Notes under the pieces: model-generated
Databases searched by the model: none
What the model was told of the DNA's origin: nothing
The model's input: only the letters and a program-made list of their open reading frames with translations
Position numbers and translations under genes: made by a program
In this document: piece after piece, positions 30,053-39,560 of the stretch
Layout of the letters: each line of letters opens with the position of its first letter
Position numbering within the stretch: the first letter of the stretch is position 1
Source: a virus
Strand: one strand, 5' to 3'
Length of the DNA stretch: 64,000 nucleotides
IMG/VR virus record: IMGVR_UViG_3300045988_090117
Span: 4,812-68,811 of that record

Positions 30053-30559
30053 TTATTGATTTTTATATTCTCTTTCAACTAACCATAACAAGCAATAATT
30101 TGCTAAGTCCAATATCGTATCATCAATTTTTTCATCTTTTACTTTTTGTTCCGGTGCATTTGGATTACATAATGTCATTAATCTATTGTATTTGTCTGTA
30201 ATTCTTACTAAGAATGATACACAACCGAACTTCTCATAAGTATCTGCTACACTATTTCCATAGTCATTGTTCTTAGCTTTATAAGTTTCAGCTAAATTAT
30301 TTAGTAAGTAATCGTATATAGTTTGTCTATCTATTTTAGTTTGGTTTACTGTTAGTGCCGGTTCTAACATATCTTTATTCCATACATAAGGGTTATTATC
30401 ATTTGCTAAATAGTAATCACCCTCTCCATCTATATATTCTATAATATCAATTGTTCCTCTAAATGGTAACATGTCATTTATAACATTACATCCCCCATAT
30501 TTTTCACCTTCTTGTATACTATCTTTTATTTTAACAACATCACCTATTTTATATTCCAT
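30053..30559 (-). CDS. DUF1599-like (nucleotide-modification-associated) domain protein with an SH3-like N-terminus
   Basis: C-terminal pattern KNNDYGNSVADTYEKFG..FLVRITDKYNRLMTL. The likely start is MEYKIGDVVKIKD. Confidence 0.45.
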   Translation of the reverse strand: MEYKIGDVVKIKDSIQEGEKYGGCNVINDMLPFRGTIDIIEYIDGEGDYYLANDNNPYVWNKDMLEPALTVNQTKIDRQTIYDYLLNNLAETYKAKNNDYGNSVADTYEKFGCVSFLVRITDKYNRLMTLCNPNAPEQKVKDEKIDDTILDLANYCLLWLVEREYKNQ

Positions 30560-30589
30560 ACTATTTCCCTCCATATTATTTTTTTTTCA

Positions 30590-31075
30590 TTATCTAACTA
30601 CAACTAATGTACCGATACGTTTCAGCAAATCCTCTTGATTATTAGTTAACTCACCACTAAATACTACAACTGCACTTGGAAAAGGTGCCGAATCTTTACT
30701 GCCACCAAATTTTAATCTACCTTTTATAAAACATATACCTTTAGCATTTGGGAATATTATATTTTGCCATACTCTCGTATCTGGTCTAGCAGGGATTAAA
30801 CATACAATTGTAGCACCCTTTAAACTTTCTTTTGCAGCCTTCTCTATCCACTTAACCTGTTCTCTCCCATATGGTGGATTCATCCAACATATATTATCGC
30901 TCCAGCTTTGTGCCAATCCATCTATTTCTGGAGTAAAATACTTATCGCACTTAGCCGTTTCAGGAACTGCGCATACATCCAATGTAAAACTAAACACGCT
31001 ATTTAAATTATCAAAGAACTCCTTCGGTGTTTCCCATGTTTGGCCCTTACTACTAAATAAACTTTTATTAATCAT
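30590..31075 (-). CDS. dam: DNA N6-adenine methyltransferase (small phage Dam type)
   Basis: TPKEFFD..FTLDVCA..CWMNPPYG gives an NPPY catalytic motif in the phage Dam (T1-like) arrangement. Confidence 0.7.
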   Translation of the reverse strand: MINKSLFSSKGQTWETPKEFFDNLNSVFSFTLDVCAVPETAKCDKYFTPEIDGLAQSWSDNICWMNPPYGREQVKWIEKAAKESLKGATIVCLIPARPDTRVWQNIIFPNAKGICFIKGRLKFGGSKDSAPFPSAVVVFSGELTNNQEDLLKRIGTLVVVR

Positions 31076-31076
31076 A

Positions 31077-31265
31077 CTATTTTTTCTCCTTTAAATAATT
31101 ATCTAAGAATTGACATAAATTAATTTTATTTCTATCCTTATACACAATACAGTCAAAACATAAATGACAAAATTCACATTGTCTATGCTCTTTTAATCTT
31201 TCAATGTTGCAGGGTGCTAAGACCCTGCTCTCTATTTGTTCATTAGTGTAATAATATTCGTCCAT
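31077..31265 (-). CDS. Small Cys-rich protein (62 aa)
   Basis: Contains CNIERLKEHRQCEFCHLCFDC. Confidence 0.4.
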   Translation of the reverse strand: MDEYYYTNEQIESRVLAPCNIERLKEHRQCEFCHLCFDCIVYKDRNKINLCQFLDNYLKEKK

Positions 31266-31444
31266 TATTTACCCTCCTCAATAACTTCAACTTCCTCATC
31301 ATTTATACATTTCTCATGTTTTCCATCAAAATAATACTCACATTCTTTAAATTCTTTTGGCATACCTTTACATCTATCTTCACATTCTTTTTCACATTCA
31401 AAACAACAAACAGTCCCAAAGGGATTCCCAAATTTACAAGCCAT
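31265..31444 (-). CDS. Small Cys-rich protein (59 aa), not in the ORF track
   Basis: My translation is MACKFGNPFGTVCCFECEKECEDRCKGMPKEFKECEYYFDGKHEKCINDEEVEVIEEGK. The TAATG overlaps the next start. Confidence 0.4.
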   Translation of the reverse strand: MACKFGNPFGTVCCFECEKECEDRCKGMPKEFKECEYYFDGKHEKCINDEEVEVIEEGK

Positions 31445-31445
31445 A

Positions 31446-31598
31446 TTATTTCCCCTCCGTATAAGTTAAATACGCACATCCAGCTGTTGTTACTCCTAGT
31501 ATTGCTAAACTTATTGGTAAACTAAATCCAGCTATACCTAACATTAAAGTCACACCTCCTATAGTAGCTAAGTTTGCAACTGTTGTATTATTCATCAT
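31446..31598 (-). CDS. Small membrane peptide (50 aa), not in the ORF track
   Basis: My translation is MMNNTTVANLATIGGVTLMLGIAGFSLPISLAILGVTTAGCAYLTYTEGK; SD GGAGGAAG upstream. Confidence 0.4.
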   Translation of the reverse strand: MMNNTTVANLATIGGVTLMLGIAGFSLPISLAILGVTTAGCAYLTYTEGK

Positions 31599-31794
31599 TT
31601 CTTCCTCCTTTTTCTAATATATATTGCATATATGCTAATCTACAATCAGATGTCTCATACTGAGCTAGAGGACAATCTTTACATCCTCTAACTTTTTCAT
31701 CATATATACTATCACAAAATAATTTTACTCTATCAGTTAGATCAGCTATTAACTCTCTATCACTTTTACTTTTTCTTCGGCTCATACAATCCAC
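31588..31794 (-). CDS. Small Cys-rich protein (68 aa)
   Basis: ORF track; contains C..GCKDCP..C. Confidence 0.4.
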   Translation of the reverse strand: MDCMSRRKSKSDRELIADLTDRVKLFCDSIYDEKVRGCKDCPLAQYETSDCRLAYMQYILEKGGRNDE

Positions 31795-32458
31795 ACCCTT
31801 TCATTTCTGGACAATAACCTAACTTCTTACATTGAGATACTAATAACTCTTTATATCTTGGCTCAACTGCTACTACTTCTTTTACCATTAGTGATACTAA
31901 ATAAAATATTGGTATTTCTGCTCTATTACATAATCTTACATTCGCTAAATGTATAAGACCTTCAATGTTTACTGCAAAACTACAAGCACTTGCTATTCCT
32001 ATTGGTACAAAAGTTCTTGCTATCTCGTTTGCACGTTCTTTACTAACTCCTGTCTGTTTCATTTTTTCAACTGTTAATTGATAACAAGTTGCTGCATATT
32101 CTTCAGTAAAATAATGGTCTCTAACTAGTAGAGGGTTTTTTCTTATTTCTGGGGCTGCATATACGTCCATTTTACCTTTTGTTACATATCTTAAACTTTG
32201 TACATTTTTTACTACTCCTACTTCATGTCTTACTAGTTGGTCAATTGTAAAACGTGGTATTCTTTGTAAATCAAATACAAAATATAAATGTCTACTACCA
32301 CTTAAATGTCCACTCTTTAAACAATGTAGTCCTACTTTTTCCGCTTGTTCTTTTGGTGTATCATAACATACACAAGCAAATTCTCCATGTTTCTTAATAA
32401 ACTGTGATACTTCATCTTTATTAACAAGTGTTACTTTAAAATCTCTCTCTCCAAACAT
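31766..32458 (-). CDS. thyX: Flavin-dependent thymidylate synthase ThyX
   Basis: ThyX signature LVRHEVGVVKNVQSLRYV (RHR..S..SQRY-like) and the SGH.SGSRH region. Confidence 0.75.
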   Translation of the reverse strand: MFGERDFKVTLVNKDEVSQFIKKHGEFACVCYDTPKEQAEKVGLHCLKSGHLSGSRHLYFVFDLQRIPRFTIDQLVRHEVGVVKNVQSLRYVTKGKMDVYAAPEIRKNPLLVRDHYFTEEYAATCYQLTVEKMKQTGVSKERANEIARTFVPIGIASACSFAVNIEGLIHLANVRLCNRAEIPIFYLVSLMVKEVVAVEPRYKELLVSQCKKLGYCPEMKGCGLYEPKKK

Positions 32459-32712
32459 TATCTAGTTACCTCCTCATATTCTTCTTTTGTTATATTAACA
32501 ACATCACCACATCTAACACATCTTACAAAGTAATGTGTTGGTACTAATAACATTAATATAGCTAATATAAAACATATTGGAGCACCTATCCATCCTATTA
32601 TTGGAATCCACATCATACAACCTCCTATTAGGAAGAATATAAAACTATAACTACCCCTGCCCATCTTACAATACTCTACATCACCGTTACATTTTTTACA
32701 TCTTCTTCTCAT
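32458..32712 (-). CDS. LITAF-like membrane zinc-ribbon protein
   Basis: CKKC..(hydrophobic ~35 aa)..CVRCG: two CxxC knuckles split by a membrane-inserting stretch. Confidence 0.45.
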   Translation of the reverse strand: MRRRCKKCNGDVEYCKMGRGSYSFIFFLIGGCMMWIPIIGWIGAPICFILAILMLLVPTHYFVRCVRCGDVVNITKEEYEEVTR

Positions 32713-32962
32713 ACCACTTTACCTCCTTTAAACTTTTCTTAATATCTTTTTCTAGTTTATTTAATGTATCTAATGTAGTTTTTAGATCTTTTAATTCTGT
32801 CTGTAATATACCCAATCTTAAACAGTCAACTAATGCCTTTTCTAATGTCGGATAATATCTTTCTTTTGTTGTATATGTGCCAACCTTAGTCTTATAAGTT
32901 TGAATTAATACATAATTTTTATCCTTATCAGTAGTAATTTCAAATTCTTTGTTTATTTTCAT
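32696..32962 (-). CDS. Hypothetical protein
   Basis: ORF; the likely start MKINKEF follows the SD AAGGAG. Downstream of the promoter motif at 32984-33012. Confidence 0.45.
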   Translation of the reverse strand: MKINKEFEITTDKDKNYVLIQTYKTKVGTYTTKERYYPTLEKALVDCLRLGILQTELKDLKTTLDTLNKLEKDIKKSLKEVKWYEKKM

Positions 32963-32983
32963 TACTATCATCTCCTTGTATAT

Positions 32984-33012
32984 AGTATAGAAAAATTTAC
33001 CATTTTGCTAAC
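32984..33012 (-). promoter_or_regulatory. Phage promoter motif GTTAGC-17-TATACT
   Basis: Minus strand reads GTTAGCAAAATGGTAAATTTTTCTATACT. Confidence 0.55.
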
Positions 33013-33907
33013 AACAACTTAAAATTTCTATTATTAAACTATAACAAGCTACTACACCATCGTATTTACCAGTTTTAATCCCCTTGTCATACTTTTGTAT
33101 CAAACGTAGTGCAGTAAGTAATTTAGCAGGCTCTATACGGTTATAACGTAGTATATTATTACATATCCAACTATTAACACCTGTTATTTTAGCTATATCT
33201 TTTTCTCCTCGATACCCTTCTACTAATACACATTTATGTAACTGAGAGTATATGGCGTATATAATACCCATTACATTATTTTTATCTTCTAGTAGTTGAT
33301 CTAATAGTCTAAATGTTAATTGTTCATCTTTTTGCATTACTGCATCCGCTAGGTGAAATACAGTTACTTCTTCTTTTGTTGGTATATACTCATCTACTAT
33401 CTTTTTATTCAGCTCTTTTATTCCTGCTCTCTTGAATATATCAAGATAATTATTTATTGTATTTAAGTCATTATTACACGCTTCAATGAAATATTGTTTA
33501 TTACTCACACTACAGTCCATATTGACCACATTTAATAATTGTTTTGTTGTCATATGATTGAATTCTACTACACAATCATTTAAGTCCTTTATAAATTTCT
33601 TACACTTATTCGGTGTTGTAACTTGTATCACCAATACAGCATTTCTAATTTTACTGCTTATACTGGCCCACGTTTTCTCACTCTTGATAAAATCCATATC
33701 ATCTCTAACTACATATACTGCAAATTTACCACTTATTAGTTTACTTGTTATTTTGTTATATATATCTGCCACTCTATCTATACGCACTATATTACCCATT
33801 TGTTTTAAGTATATATTTTGCAGCTCAATTTCTTCTCCAGTAAAAATATAAAAGGGAAGTAAATTACCTTCCCTTATTTGCCCCTGTAAGTCTAATAAAC
33901 CTAACAT
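33008..33907 (-). CDS. Clamp-loader delta-like subunit (HolA-like)
   Basis: 299 aa from MLGLLDLQGQIREGNLLPFYIFTGEEIEL (SD AGGAGGAAT). Lies next to the delta-prime-like and gamma/tau-like genes. Confidence 0.45.
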   Translation of the reverse strand: MLGLLDLQGQIREGNLLPFYIFTGEEIELQNIYLKQMGNIVRIDRVADIYNKITSKLISGKFAVYVVRDDMDFIKSEKTWASISSKIRNAVLVIQVTTPNKCKKFIKDLNDCVVEFNHMTTKQLLNVVNMDCSVSNKQYFIEACNNDLNTINNYLDIFKRAGIKELNKKIVDEYIPTKEEVTVFHLADAVMQKDEQLTFRLLDQLLEDKNNVMGIIYAIYSQLHKCVLVEGYRGEKDIAKITGVNSWICNNILRYNRIEPAKLLTALRLIQKYDKGIKTGKYDGVVACYSLIIEILSCC

Positions 33908-34065
33908 AATTTTATTCCTCCTACTATTTGTACTAAGTACCATATTGCTATTGAAATTACTATTGCACTCATACCGTCAATGTCTCTATCTCCTATTGTT
34001 TGTGTTATCCAATCAATTACAATGCTCATCGCCATTATTAAACACATAAAATTAAATATTACCAT
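33901..34065 (-). CDS. Small membrane protein (54 aa), not in the ORF track
   Basis: My translation is MVIFNFMCLIMAMSIVIDWITQTIGDRDIDGMSAIVISIAIWYLVQIVGGIKLC; SD GGGAGGAAA upstream. Confidence 0.35.
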   Translation of the reverse strand: MVIFNFMCLIMAMSIVIDWITQTIGDRDIDGMSAIVISIAIWYLVQIVGGIKLC

Positions 34066-34066
34066 A

Positions 34067-34390
34067 CTATTTTCCTCCCTTTTGTTTTTTTCTTTTTACT
34101 CCATGTTTCTTGATATCTTGTTTTTCCCTTTGGTTGTGTTCTTGTTTCATATATAATATATTATTTAATGTTATTTTACTAAATTCATCTACAAATAATT
34201 TTTTATTTTTCTTACTTATGATAATTCCATTCTCATCTTCATTGATAGCACATACAGTTTCAAAATGTCTAGTGGCAAATCCACGCACATATTTCTCCTC
34301 ACTATACCATGCAAAACAATCTTTATAGGCTTCTGCAAATTGTTTGGCAAATTTCTTAATTTCTCTAGCATCATTTTTTAGTGGTAACAT
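34067..34390 (-). CDS. Hypothetical protein with a basic C-terminal tail
   Basis: ORF track; ends ..KKHGVKRKKQKGGK. Confidence 0.45.
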   Translation of the reverse strand: MLPLKNDAREIKKFAKQFAEAYKDCFAWYSEEKYVRGFATRHFETVCAINEDENGIIISKKNKKLFVDEFSKITLNNILYMKQEHNQREKQDIKKHGVKRKKQKGGK

Positions 34391-34391
34391 A

Positions 34392-35195
34392 TTATTTCCC
34401 CCTTAAAGTTCTAATATTTAATACAAATATATCGAATATCAACTGTTTATTTGCTCCTCTTATTCTTAAGTCTCTTAATGCTAAACTAGTATACTCTATC
34501 ATCTTATAGTCAACATAACTACTGTGTTTCTGCTCATCTATTACTACTTGTTTAAATAGTTCTAAAAATAGTTCCACTGGATAGCCATCATTCTCTTTGA
34601 ATCCTATTGGATTACATATCTTAAAAGCATTGCCAGTACTGACCTTCAATATATTGTTGTATACCTTTAATGCATACTGATACATATTTATGAAATCCTT
34701 ATTTACATATTCCAACATTTGCCCCGGTGTTGTGGCTACCTTACATAGTATATCCCTTGGCACTTCACCCAGATCGTATAAATCAAATACATCATTTAGC
34801 TCGTGTACACTGTAATTATCCATTATTAGCAGTTTGGCTCTACTACGTATTGTTGCTAATAAGTTATCTATATTTCTTACTCCAATCATTATGTAGCCTT
34901 TACTAGGTGGCTCCTCAGCTAATTTAAGTAATGCATTTTGTGCTGGTATAGATAACTCATCTCCCTTTATATAAAATAATGTCGGTGTAGATATGGCAGT
35001 GCAGTCCTCTATTAACTGTCTAATACCTTCGATATTATTATCTACTAATACATAATTGTAATGGTTATTATTGGCTATTTGTTTACTCATTAGGTGTTTC
35101 CCAGAACCCCTATCACCCCACAAGATAAAAAAGTGGGGTATAGGTTGACCATCCAACTTAGCTTGTAATTTACATTGTCCTATTATTTTAGACAT
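34392..35195 (-). CDS. holB: Clamp-loader delta-prime-like AAA+ subunit
   Basis: Degenerate P-loop GDRGSGKH, plus NALLKLAEEPP and ATIRSRA (sensor) motifs. Confidence 0.65.
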   Translation of the reverse strand: MSKIIGQCKLQAKLDGQPIPHFFILWGDRGSGKHLMSKQIANNNHYNYVLVDNNIEGIRQLIEDCTAISTPTLFYIKGDELSIPAQNALLKLAEEPPSKGYIMIGVRNIDNLLATIRSRAKLLIMDNYSVHELNDVFDLYDLGEVPRDILCKVATTPGQMLEYVNKDFINMYQYALKVYNNILKVSTGNAFKICNPIGFKENDGYPVELFLELFKQVVIDEQKHSSYVDYKMIEYTSLALRDLRIRGANKQLIFDIFVLNIRTLRGK

Positions 35196-36196
35196 AAGAG
35201 TATCAACTCGCTTTCAATCAAATTTTTAGGATTCTGCTCATATTTTATCTTGTCCAATAAATTATTTACTCCGTCTAATATATCTACTAAGTCGTACTTT
35301 GAAGTATTAGTTGCTATATGGATACATTGTCTCATCATATCAGTTGGTATCATTGTTAACTCTTTATTTCTTGTGATGTTCAATTTACATAAATCTAATA
35401 CAAATTTATTTAAATCTTTTACAAATAGTTTTAAGTCCTTGCCGTCTCTGTATATCTTATCTATTATTTGTATTGGCTCATCTGGTTGTTGATCTATGAT
35501 ACCCTGTACTATACCTAATAGATGTTCATAATTAGTAATTCCTAAGCAATCTAATACTGCTTGTAATGTAATTTCAGTTGTGTAACCTAATACTGTATCT
35601 AATTTCATTATGGCATCTCTCATACCCCCGTCAGCTAATTTTGCAATATATTCTATTGCCTCTACGTTGTATGTTAGTATACCTTCCTGTTTTAGTATAT
35701 ACTCTAATCTATTTACTATATCGAATTGTGGTATACGTTTAAAGTCAAAACGTTGTAGTCTACTTAATATAGTTGCGGGTATTTTATGTGGATCTGTGGT
35801 GCATAATATAAATATTACTCCTTTAGGTGGTTCCTCTAATACTTTTAATAGGGCATTAAATGCACCAATACTTAACATATGAACTTCATCAATTATATAT
35901 ACCTTATACTTACTATCCAGGCTCTTCATTCTACAGTCATCAATTATACTACGTATATTATCAACACCATTATTACTGGCTCCATCTATCTCAATTGGTT
36001 TTCCTTTACCACCATTTACCTCGTTTGCAAAGATTCTAGCACTGGTAGTTTTTCCAGTTCCTGCACTGCCACAGAATAAATACGCTTGTTTTATCTCTCC
36101 AGTTTCCAATTGGTTAGTTAATACCTTTTTTATATTGTCCTGACATACAACATCACTAAATGTTCTTGGTCTGTATTTAGTTGCTAATGCTTCCAT
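35183..36196 (-). CDS. dnaX: Clamp-loader gamma/tau-like ATPase
   Basis: KYRPRTFSDVVCQ, GSAGTGKTT, IIDEVHML, ALLKVLEEPP and TILSRLQRF motifs. Confidence 0.85.
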   Translation of the reverse strand: MEALATKYRPRTFSDVVCQDNIKKVLTNQLETGEIKQAYLFCGSAGTGKTTSARIFANEVNGGKGKPIEIDGASNNGVDNIRSIIDDCRMKSLDSKYKVYIIDEVHMLSIGAFNALLKVLEEPPKGVIFILCTTDPHKIPATILSRLQRFDFKRIPQFDIVNRLEYILKQEGILTYNVEAIEYIAKLADGGMRDAIMKLDTVLGYTTEITLQAVLDCLGITNYEHLLGIVQGIIDQQPDEPIQIIDKIYRDGKDLKLFVKDLNKFVLDLCKLNITRNKELTMIPTDMMRQCIHIATNTSKYDLVDILDGVNNLLDKIKYEQNPKNLIESELILLCLK

Positions 36197-36197
36197 A

Positions 36198-36863
36198 TTA
36201 TATCAACTCCTCACAAATATTTACTATATGTTCACATAATAGCCCAGGTATTCTACTTCTTTCCTTAGCATCCTTTAATCCCTGTGTACCTGTTTTACTT
36301 CTTCTAGGAGCTCGTTCGTGGCATGGAGCCCCATTTTTACACATAGGTTTAAAATGAGGATCAGGATAGTTAGTCCATATATCAGTTGGTTTCATTCTTT
36401 TGTCCCCACATTGACAATATGTAACGGTATATCTTGGTAGTTCTTGCATAAAATTCATTTTTCTCATTCCGCCTCTAGGATTCTCTATGAAGTAAATCAT
36501 ATTAGGATTAATTTGTAATAACTCTTTTATTATATTTAACATATGTGTATTTACTTTATCGCAAAATTTAGCATAATCACTCTTAGGAGCTAAATTTCCA
36601 TTAGCTTCTTTTATCCTATGATGAGATATTGCAGCTATACTATATGATGTACAATCAGGTGATGCCCATACTACATCGGGGACACCAAATCTTTCTATAA
36701 TATCGTTAACTGTTATTGTCCCTATATCGGTGTACCAATTAATATCGGGGTGTTGTTTATCCCACTCTATAGAAAAAGTATTATGCCCTCTAGCTTCAAA
36801 CGCTTTACTTATACTTCTTGTACCTGCAAATAATTCTAAAATCTTTAATTGTTTTTTACCCAT
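36198..36863 (-). CDS. Short C5-cytosine DNA methyltransferase-like protein (221 aa)
   Basis: Motif I LELFAGTRS, motif IV-like ASPDCTSYS and motif VI-like FIENPRGG. It is unusually short and has D-C rather than P-C at the catalytic Cys. Confidence 0.5.
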   Translation of the reverse strand: MGKKQLKILELFAGTRSISKAFEARGHNTFSIEWDKQHPDINWYTDIGTITVNDIIERFGVPDVVWASPDCTSYSIAAISHHRIKEANGNLAPKSDYAKFCDKVNTHMLNIIKELLQINPNMIYFIENPRGGMRKMNFMQELPRYTVTYCQCGDKRMKPTDIWTNYPDPHFKPMCKNGAPCHERAPRRSKTGTQGLKDAKERSRIPGLLCEHIVNICEELI

Positions 36864-37195
36864 TATAATTCCTCCTTTAATTTTTCTATGTAATCCTTAA
36901 GGTCTTGTAAGGGTATCACTGCATATTCTTCCCCTACTTTTCCAAAGTCAAATACTAATGCAGTATAAGGTCTATGCATTGCTAATGATTGTTGTTGTAG
37001 TTTTGTCAGCCATTCCTTTTTTATTGTGAACTGTGTTGCAGGTTGCATTTTAGTCTTACATTCCACTAAATAGAAGTTATCAACTAACACATCACCTTTT
37101 TTAGTATGGCCTGCTCCACTATTTGGTGTAACTTCTCCATCCAAGTAATTTGCTACATATTGTTCTTGTTCATCACTTTTACTTCTTGTACTCAT
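36863..37195 (-). CDS. PD-(D/E)XK nuclease, putative Holliday-junction resolvase
   Basis: GDVLVDNFYLVECKTK gives a D..E.K core. The likely start MSTRSKSD follows the SD GGGAGGTG. Confidence 0.5.
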   Translation of the reverse strand: MSTRSKSDEQEQYVANYLDGEVTPNSGAGHTKKGDVLVDNFYLVECKTKMQPATQFTIKKEWLTKLQQQSLAMHRPYTALVFDFGKVGEEYAVIPLQDLKDYIEKLKEEL

Positions 37196-37209
37196 AAAAG
37201 AACACCTCC

Positions 37210-37725
37210 CTAAATATAAATCCAATGAAATCCTTTATACAATGTATTATTTTTACAAGCTATACAAACACCCGATGTAGTACCATTGCACCATTTACTC
37301 GCCTCCGTTAATGTGTCAAACATGCAATTAAGTTCTACACATAATACTGCTCTAGCCCTAGGATTACCTTTTCCCTGTTTAATTTCACTATCACGCTTAT
37401 TTCTACTACCATAACTATTATTATATTTTCGTGTACACCATTCTAAATTTTTATAATAGTTATTTGTTTTGTCTTCATCTTTGTGGTTAACTTCTGGTAA
37501 ATTGTCTGGATTGGGAATAAATGCTTGTGCAACTAATCTATGTACATAATATGAATGTTGAATGCTTTTATGAGATAATCTAACAAGCATATACCCATCA
37601 GTTGTTTTACTTCCTTTAAAATATTTCCATCGTTTAAATCCATATATTAACCCTATACGAGTTACTCCATATAAATGTTCATAATGTTTAATAAATTTTG
37701 GTTTATAAATTAATGGTATATTCAT
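37210..37725 (-). CDS. Free-standing HNH homing endonuclease
   Basis: YVHRLVAQAF..PEVNHKDEDKTNNYYKNLEW (HNH_3-like) with a NUMOD-like C-terminus. Preceded by its own promoter motif. Confidence 0.7.
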   Translation of the reverse strand: MNIPLIYKPKFIKHYEHLYGVTRIGLIYGFKRWKYFKGSKTTDGYMLVRLSHKSIQHSYYVHRLVAQAFIPNPDNLPEVNHKDEDKTNNYYKNLEWCTRKYNNSYGSRNKRDSEIKQGKGNPRARAVLCVELNCMFDTLTEASKWCNGTTSGVCIACKNNTLYKGFHWIYI

Positions 37726-37744
37726 ATTAAAACCTCCTATATAT

Positions 37745-37773
37745 AGTATAGGAGGTATCTCTTATTCGCTAAC
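37745..37773 (-). promoter_or_regulatory. Phage promoter motif GTTAGC-17-TATACT
   Basis: Minus strand reads GTTAGCGAATAAGAGATACCTCCTATACT; lies upstream of the HNH gene. Confidence 0.5.
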
Positions 37774-38388
37774 TTGGGCTTTAACTTTTTTAAAAAAATC
37801 TTTTACTACTCTTGATACATAAGCAGGTGATACACTGTACTGATATGCTATGTATGTACCTTTTATGCCACAGAGATAGTCAGCTATTATAGCACGTTGT
37901 TTGTCATTCTTCACGTTCTTTAGTTCTTCTCTAATAATCTCTTTTAACTCACGTACTAAAGCACTAAGCTCTACATCTTCTTTACTTTTCAAATAATTCT
38001 CTAATGAAGTGTATCTAATATGGCCATGATGTTTGAGTTGTATGTATCCATCTATAGATAATATCTTATATATATTTTGTTCACCATCTGTAGTATATCT
38101 ATTATGTTTGTCTATTCTATTTCTGTACTGTCTTAATTCTCTTTTTATTGAAGGATATGCAAAAGTTGTGAATAGTGTGCCATATGAAGGGTCATAATGG
38201 TCTACACACTTCATTATACACTGCCATGCGACCTGGTACATCTCATCTCTATCATTATATAATTTATATGGTTTTAATAGGGAATATACCATATTGTTTA
38301 TGTACTGTGGCAATTCATTTATCGCCTCCTTATCTCCATTTTTATACCTCATAACAATTTCCTGGCACTTATTTCCATTATTACTCAT
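37762..38388 (-). CDS. Phage sigma-70-family factor (regions 2 and 4)
   Basis: Region 2-like YQVAWQCIMKCVDHYDPSYGTLFTTFAYPSIKRELRQY. Region 4 HTH is YIAYQYSVSPAYVSRVV. Confidence 0.7.
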   Translation of the reverse strand: MSNNGNKCQEIVMRYKNGDKEAINELPQYINNMVYSLLKPYKLYNDRDEMYQVAWQCIMKCVDHYDPSYGTLFTTFAYPSIKRELRQYRNRIDKHNRYTTDGEQNIYKILSIDGYIQLKHHGHIRYTSLENYLKSKEDVELSALVRELKEIIREELKNVKNDKQRAIIADYLCGIKGTYIAYQYSVSPAYVSRVVKDFFKKVKAQVSE

Positions 38389-39547
38389 CTAACATCACCT
38401 CATTAAGTCTGACTAATAATTCATATACTACTTCCTCATGTCCATGTAAATAATTTAAAAATCTAGTCATACCTTGGAAGTTTAGTTCATTACCTTCTTT
38501 ATCTAATACTATATTTCCTTGCTCATCTATTACTCTATACCAAGAACCTGCTTGTTGTACTATTTTATAAAACATGCAAACATTTATCATGTCATATAAA
38601 GTATCTACACCCTCTAAATATTTAAGTGTGTAGTAACCTAGTCGTCTATTTGGTTTACATACTTTTGTTTTTATAATCTCCATGCCAACTCTATTGCCGG
38701 CTGGATTTTCAGCTTTACTGCTAAGTTCCTTGTTATTCTCATCCAATAAAGTATCTTTTCTAAATCTAATTCTTAAACTGCAAGCATGCTTAAATCCCTT
38801 TCCACCAGGTGTGCTTATAGTATTATACATGCTACTTAAGTCCTCACGTATTTGATTAATTCCTATAAAGGCACATTGATTAACTGTTAAATGAGGTAAA
38901 ATTTTACTACAAAAGATAGTTAAAGGTTGTGATATTCCCCCATAGGCTTTCTTCTCCATACTCTCATCAAATATCTGTTGTGGCACTAAGCATGGTATAC
39001 TGTCTAATACACATAAACCTACATTACCTGTACTAATTAATTCAATTATTATTTGTAGCACCTGTTCTGCAGTCTGTTCTTGTGGTCTTACTAATATCAT
39101 TTTCTCTGTATCTACGCCTAATAACTTAGCCCATTCAGTATCCAAAGTTTGTTCTGTGTCTACATATAGTACTAATTTTTCACCCTTCTCCTGCACTTTA
39201 TCTAATTCTGCACTTAATTTTGTAAGTTCCTTTTGTGCTTGTTTTGTATTACTCTGTTGTAATAGTTCGATTTGTTGTGTCAATTCACCAACTTTTTTAT
39301 CATAAACCTCTTGAAATTTCTTTTGCGCATTACCACAAATATCAAGAGCAGAGGTTGTTTTTCCTCCACCTTCACCCCCAAAGAACTCAGTTATTTTTCC
39401 AATGGGAACTCCACCATAAGTCATGTAGTTTGCCATTGGTGAACTAAATGGTATTTTATCAACTTCTATTATGTCAGTTCCTTGTTGTATTATATCAGCA
39501 CCAAATTTTTTATTTAGTGCAGCCATTTTTAGATCAATCTCCCTCAT
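38381..39547 (-). CDS. recA: RecA-like recombinase with a ~45-aa coiled-coil insertion after the P-loop
   Basis: FGGEGGGKTT (Walker A) and LVLYVDTEQTLD (the AFIDAEHALD equivalent). The likely start MREIDLKMAALNKKFG follows the SD AAGGAG. Confidence 0.75.
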   Translation of the reverse strand: MREIDLKMAALNKKFGADIIQQGTDIIEVDKIPFSSPMANYMTYGGVPIGKITEFFGGEGGGKTTSALDICGNAQKKFQEVYDKKVGELTQQIELLQQSNTKQAQKELTKLSAELDKVQEKGEKLVLYVDTEQTLDTEWAKLLGVDTEKMILVRPQEQTAEQVLQIIIELISTGNVGLCVLDSIPCLVPQQIFDESMEKKAYGGISQPLTIFCSKILPHLTVNQCAFIGINQIREDLSSMYNTISTPGGKGFKHACSLRIRFRKDTLLDENNKELSSKAENPAGNRVGMEIIKTKVCKPNRRLGYYTLKYLEGVDTLYDMINVCMFYKIVQQAGSWYRVIDEQGNIVLDKEGNELNFQGMTRFLNYLHGHEEVVYELLVRLNEVMLDE

Positions 39548-39560
39548 CAAATACATCTCC

